Shown: piece by piece, positions 46,127 to 49,875 of the stretch
Position numbering within the stretch: position 1 is the stretch's first letter
Layout of the letters: each line of letters opens with the position of its first letter
Source of the DNA: Asterionella formosa
Lineage: Eukaryota
Assembly: GCA_002256025.1 (NCBI GenBank)
Contig: NKIB01002172.1
Span: forward strand, 124,001 to 173,875
DNA length: 49,875 nucleotides
Direction of reading: 5' to 3'
Translations under genes and position numbers: made by a program
The notes under the pieces: generated by a model
Seen by the model: the letters and a program-made list of their open reading frames with translations, nothing else
Told to the model about the DNA's origin: nothing
The model's database searches: none

Positions 46127-47776
46127 TCAGTGATTCCGAGTCTTGATTTTCTTCCATCGATTGCTCACTCGTCCTTTTAAAACTTTCCATCCTTGCTTGG
46201 CCATTTGTCGTAAGCTTGCTCTCTCCTCCTCTAAACTATGCACGTAATCCTCAATCTCCTCAATTTCCATTTTTGCAACCTTCAACTCCAATCCCATGTT
46301 TCGACACGACTCTTCCTTCGCCGTCAATTGATTCGTCGCGTCGACTTTTAGTTGTTGCATTTTCGTCTCATGTACACTCAACATCTCCTTGATTTTGCTC
46401 ATGTGAGTCTTCTGAAGTGCTTCCATGGCTAAAGTCAACTCATGCCCTTCTTTGATACGCCTATCTTGTTCCGCTTCTAAACGATCTTCCCAATCGTTGG
46501 CGTCTGTGGTGTATCGTTGTTTCAGGTCTTTCAGTTGCATTTCCAATGCGGAGCGCTCCTGGCGAAGGAGTTCGATTTCTTCATTCAATTTGGCTTCTTT
46601 GACCTCCTGCGCCTTCCTCAACGCAATTGCTCCTTTGTGGGCATCATATTTCACTGCTCTCAACTCACGGACAATGTCTTTGATGCGATTCTGTAACGTG
46701 ATTTCTTGTGATCTGGTTTCAAATGGAGCGAGTCTGTGAGACAGAGTGTTAAATGGAGATTAAGTGCAAAAGCAGAAGAAAAATCGTGCACGTACTTCAT
46801 CGCATCTTGAAGCTGCGCTACAAGCGCTTCTTGCTCAGCATCCTTGAGTTCGATTTCTTTCATCAGACATTCAATTGTGGTTTCTCGTCGTTCTTGCAGT
46901 TCATTGAATGCTTGTGCCTCCATAATGTCGTCGTTGACTTGTTCCAAATCAGGTTCCGGTGCATTTCTCAACCAAGCTGGTATGCAAGACCCCCTTTTGG
47001 CATCAGTAGCGATAGAGGACGCAGTCACAATCCATCCGTTTTGAGACTCCGTTTTTGCCTCCATCTCGTCGTGTACCTCATCGATATACTCAACATCTGG
47101 AGCATCTCGCAACCAAGCTGGGATGTAGCTTTTAACATGGGAATCCACTGCGTTCTCAGATTTGATGTAATTCATAGTGGTATCTATGATTTCTGGTGTA
47201 TGAGGCAAGAAATCGGACTTGATTTTCGTGTCCGTTCCTTTAGGTTCCACATCCGTTTGCCTCTCATGTTTCACTGATCGAAAGTCACGAACAAAGTCCC
47301 CGATGCGATCGGTCAACTTGATTTCTTGAGTTCTAGGGCCAGAAATAGAATAAGACGAGATACAAAAGAAATTAAGCGATTCATATTATAGAGAAAAGCT
47401 TGGCTTACCTCATGTCTTCTTCAACATTGGGCATTTCATGCACAGTCCCGTGCGCCCCATTGACTTGTTGCACATCAGAAACTGATTCATCACTCAACCA
47501 AGCCGGTATGTAAGATCTACCATTGGATTCCATGCTTAAATCTCCTTTGATAGAAGTCACAGTCACCATGCTAGACTTCGTTGACGACACTCCGTCGGCC
47601 AGAACTTGCCCTTGTTCCTCATGCACTCCGTTGATGTACGGCACATCAGGGGCATCGTTCAACCACGCTGGAATGTTTGCTTTCAAAGAGACCAATGGAC
47701 GAAGAAGCGCCGCAGGCGCCATCATGAACGCATTGCTGGATGCGAGGAAAGTAACCAACGCCAATGCCTTTCTCAT
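46127..47776 (-). CDS. Plastid-targeted protein with four IPAWL repeats and a C-terminal coiled coil; exons 47776-47409, 47332-46796, 46733-46127
   Basis: MRKALALVTFLASSNAF signal + AF motif; two GT-AG introns join three ORFs in frame; E/K/L heptad-rich C-terminus. Confidence 0.82.
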
Positions 47777-49764
47777 TGTTTCGGCCTAGAAAAAGGTAAA
47801 CGATCTTTGCTCAATATCCCAAAACAATGTTTGAAAAGGAACCACGTGATGCATTAAAAATATAATGGAACCGGGTAGTGAAGCAGAATTACTGACGACG
47901 ATGTGATGGAGAACGAAATTGATGATGACGTGAGCATGATGTGGATACTCAGACATCATAGGAAAGTACGGTAGTTAGTATATAGCGAAGCGTGAAGAAA
48001 CACGGTTTCAGCAAAGAAGAATCAACCACCACATCACATTTGGTATTGTAGTCGAGTCAGATTGACCACGTCATCGTGACATCAAGTTTTGAAGTCGTGA
48101 GAAACTTGATGGCGATCTCGAACACGTAAAGTACTTCATGCTGGCCCAGGTCGTTCGGCAGATGATTGTCCTCCTTGCTATAAGGGTACCTGGTACTGTC
48201 CTGTACGTAGTGAGTACCAGTGCCTGGTTGTATGTACCGGTACCAGGTACCTTGTACAATACATTTATGTAGGGCAGGTCTTGAAGTTGTGGCCAAACAA
48301 TTGTTACACATTGGGAGGTCTGTTCTTTCCCAAAACATATTTATGATGTACCTAAAATCCACACAGTACCGGTAAGTATGACTAAATAGAATAGTTGAAG
48401 GTAAAATGAGCTTTCACCAATCCTACCACTTTGCGTATGCTTAGATACAGTCATTGCTTGACTTCGGGGTATGCTCTATATTCAGATATGGTAAGGACCT
48501 CATTTCTGGAGAGAAACTGCAGTTATCCCTCTTGGAATCGTAACTATCCAAAAAGTAGTCAAAAAAAGGGGGCTATCAAGCTGTTTAAAAAATCTACAAG
48601 GGATAACAGTAGTTTCTCTCCAAAATTTAACTCCTGACTTTATAGGGTACATGGCTATCTTTTTTATCTTCATAAAACCCCGTAGATGTAGAGCAATCGT
48701 CCTCGAAAACGTCGACCCAATCGGCTTTTTCAACATTCACCAAAATATTGGAATCGGAATTTGTTCATGCGAAAACGTTCTTGTAGACATAGGAGTCTTG
48801 CGAAGGTATATTTTGCTGCATAGTTCACAGTCCAAAGAGACTCCAGGGTAAGTTGCCGCATCACTACAAATATTCTGATTGGTTGAATTGAATTTACTCA
48901 CCTGCTCCAGAATAGCTGAAGTATTCCGGTCTTGTAAAATCACGCCAGCCACACTTTAGAAACACGTCTGTACTGTATACTGCTGGTAGGTAAAATCAGT
49001 ACCGGGACACGAAAGGTACTAGTTTCATCCTGTCTGCCTTTCATTGTCATGAACCAAGATTACTATGTACTACCAGTATACTGCCGGCTCTCTGCTACTC
49101 TAGTAGTACTGATTTATATAAATACCGGTATATACCTTTGTGTGTGGAGTGACTACATACAGCACCATAGATTCAATATACACATATGAAAAACGAACCA
49201 TGAGCATAGATGTTTGCACACTCCTGATTTATATATGTGTTTTGGCGTTGAGTAAAATCATGTATACATTCAGCAACGTAGATATAGTATAAATGTTTCA
49301 ATATCATTTTTGTTTATTTAAAATGGAACTCTATCAATGATCTGGTGCCGATTCCTATTTACTTTAAAAATTCAAATGGACACTTGAATTATGGGAATTC
49401 GTAGCAGGAAACTCCCTGTTCCATGCCGTTTTTACAACCCTAGGGACGTATTCTCCAAACTAGCGGGGCCACAACCTTAACAGAGAAACAAAAGTTTAAA
49501 AAATGTTGCTCGGCCCAATTTTTTGTATCTCCAACATCTGGGTAGGATGTTGCTTCCCAGCAACACTCTTTTTGTAGCTCCGAAATGTGTATCTCTGTAG
49601 AAACAGCGTTAAGCAAAAATAATTTTATAAATTTTATACATGTCATGTAATTAAATTAATCAATGAAGACACCATTTTTGTCTCTAACGGCAACGATGGA
49701 AACGAATTTTGGGAGGAGGGATCTACAGCAATTCTTATATCTTCTCATGTAATTATGCTTTTCA

Positions 49765-49803
49765 TCACTTGTGATTGACTTGCGCTTGCGCTTGCGCTTC
49801 CGC

Positions 49804-49874
<71 letters not shown>

Positions 49875-49875
49875 G
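49765..49875 (-). repeat. (CAA)24+ microsatellite, possibly the polyQ C-terminus of a gene entering from beyond the window
   Basis: The minus strand reads Q24-AEAQAQAQVNHK-stop (TGA at 49767-49765). Confidence 0.6.

Noticed and set aside
418..47776. Photosynthesis gene cluster (Lhcf, DVR, OHP2-like, two plastid proteins)
   Set aside because: The genes are interspersed with unrelated genes and TE relics; plastid-targeted genes are common enough for this to be chance.
48400..49700. Short minus-strand ORFs 48500-48952 and 49440-49646
   Set aside because: No recognisable domain or convincing splice structure.
49804..49875. Telomeric repeat
   Set aside because: The unit is TTG, not a TTAGGG-type repeat; the window edge is arbitrary.

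Overview
Eukaryotic nuclear DNA, almost certainly from a diatom: it has an Lhcf/FCP gene, signal peptide + 'AF(AP)' bipartite plastid presequences and short GT-AG introns. About 13 intact protein genes are present: Lhcf, a secreted Cys-rich protein ending in a potato-inhibitor-I domain, an MFS transporter, a myosin, an ELO elongase, divinyl (proto)chlorophyllide reductase, a membrane LRR protein, an ELMO-domain protein, a small plastid protein, an OHP2-like protein, FolD, a double-domain O-fucosyltransferase-like protein and a plastid coiled-coil repeat protein. The AT-rich spacers hold four decayed DDE transposon relics and two MITE types. The most notable non-coding signals are: (1) two tRNA-headed SINE-like families (four copies, three with 12-18 bp target-site duplications), one with a conserved, strongly base-paired body; (2) a large excess of TA-CCGG-TA and TA-CC(A/T)GG-TA words and arrays outside genes. 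One such word is a clear insertion into a SINE copy, which fits accumulated Tc1/mariner-type excision footprints. All exon boundaries and alignments were read by eye; no database searches were run.
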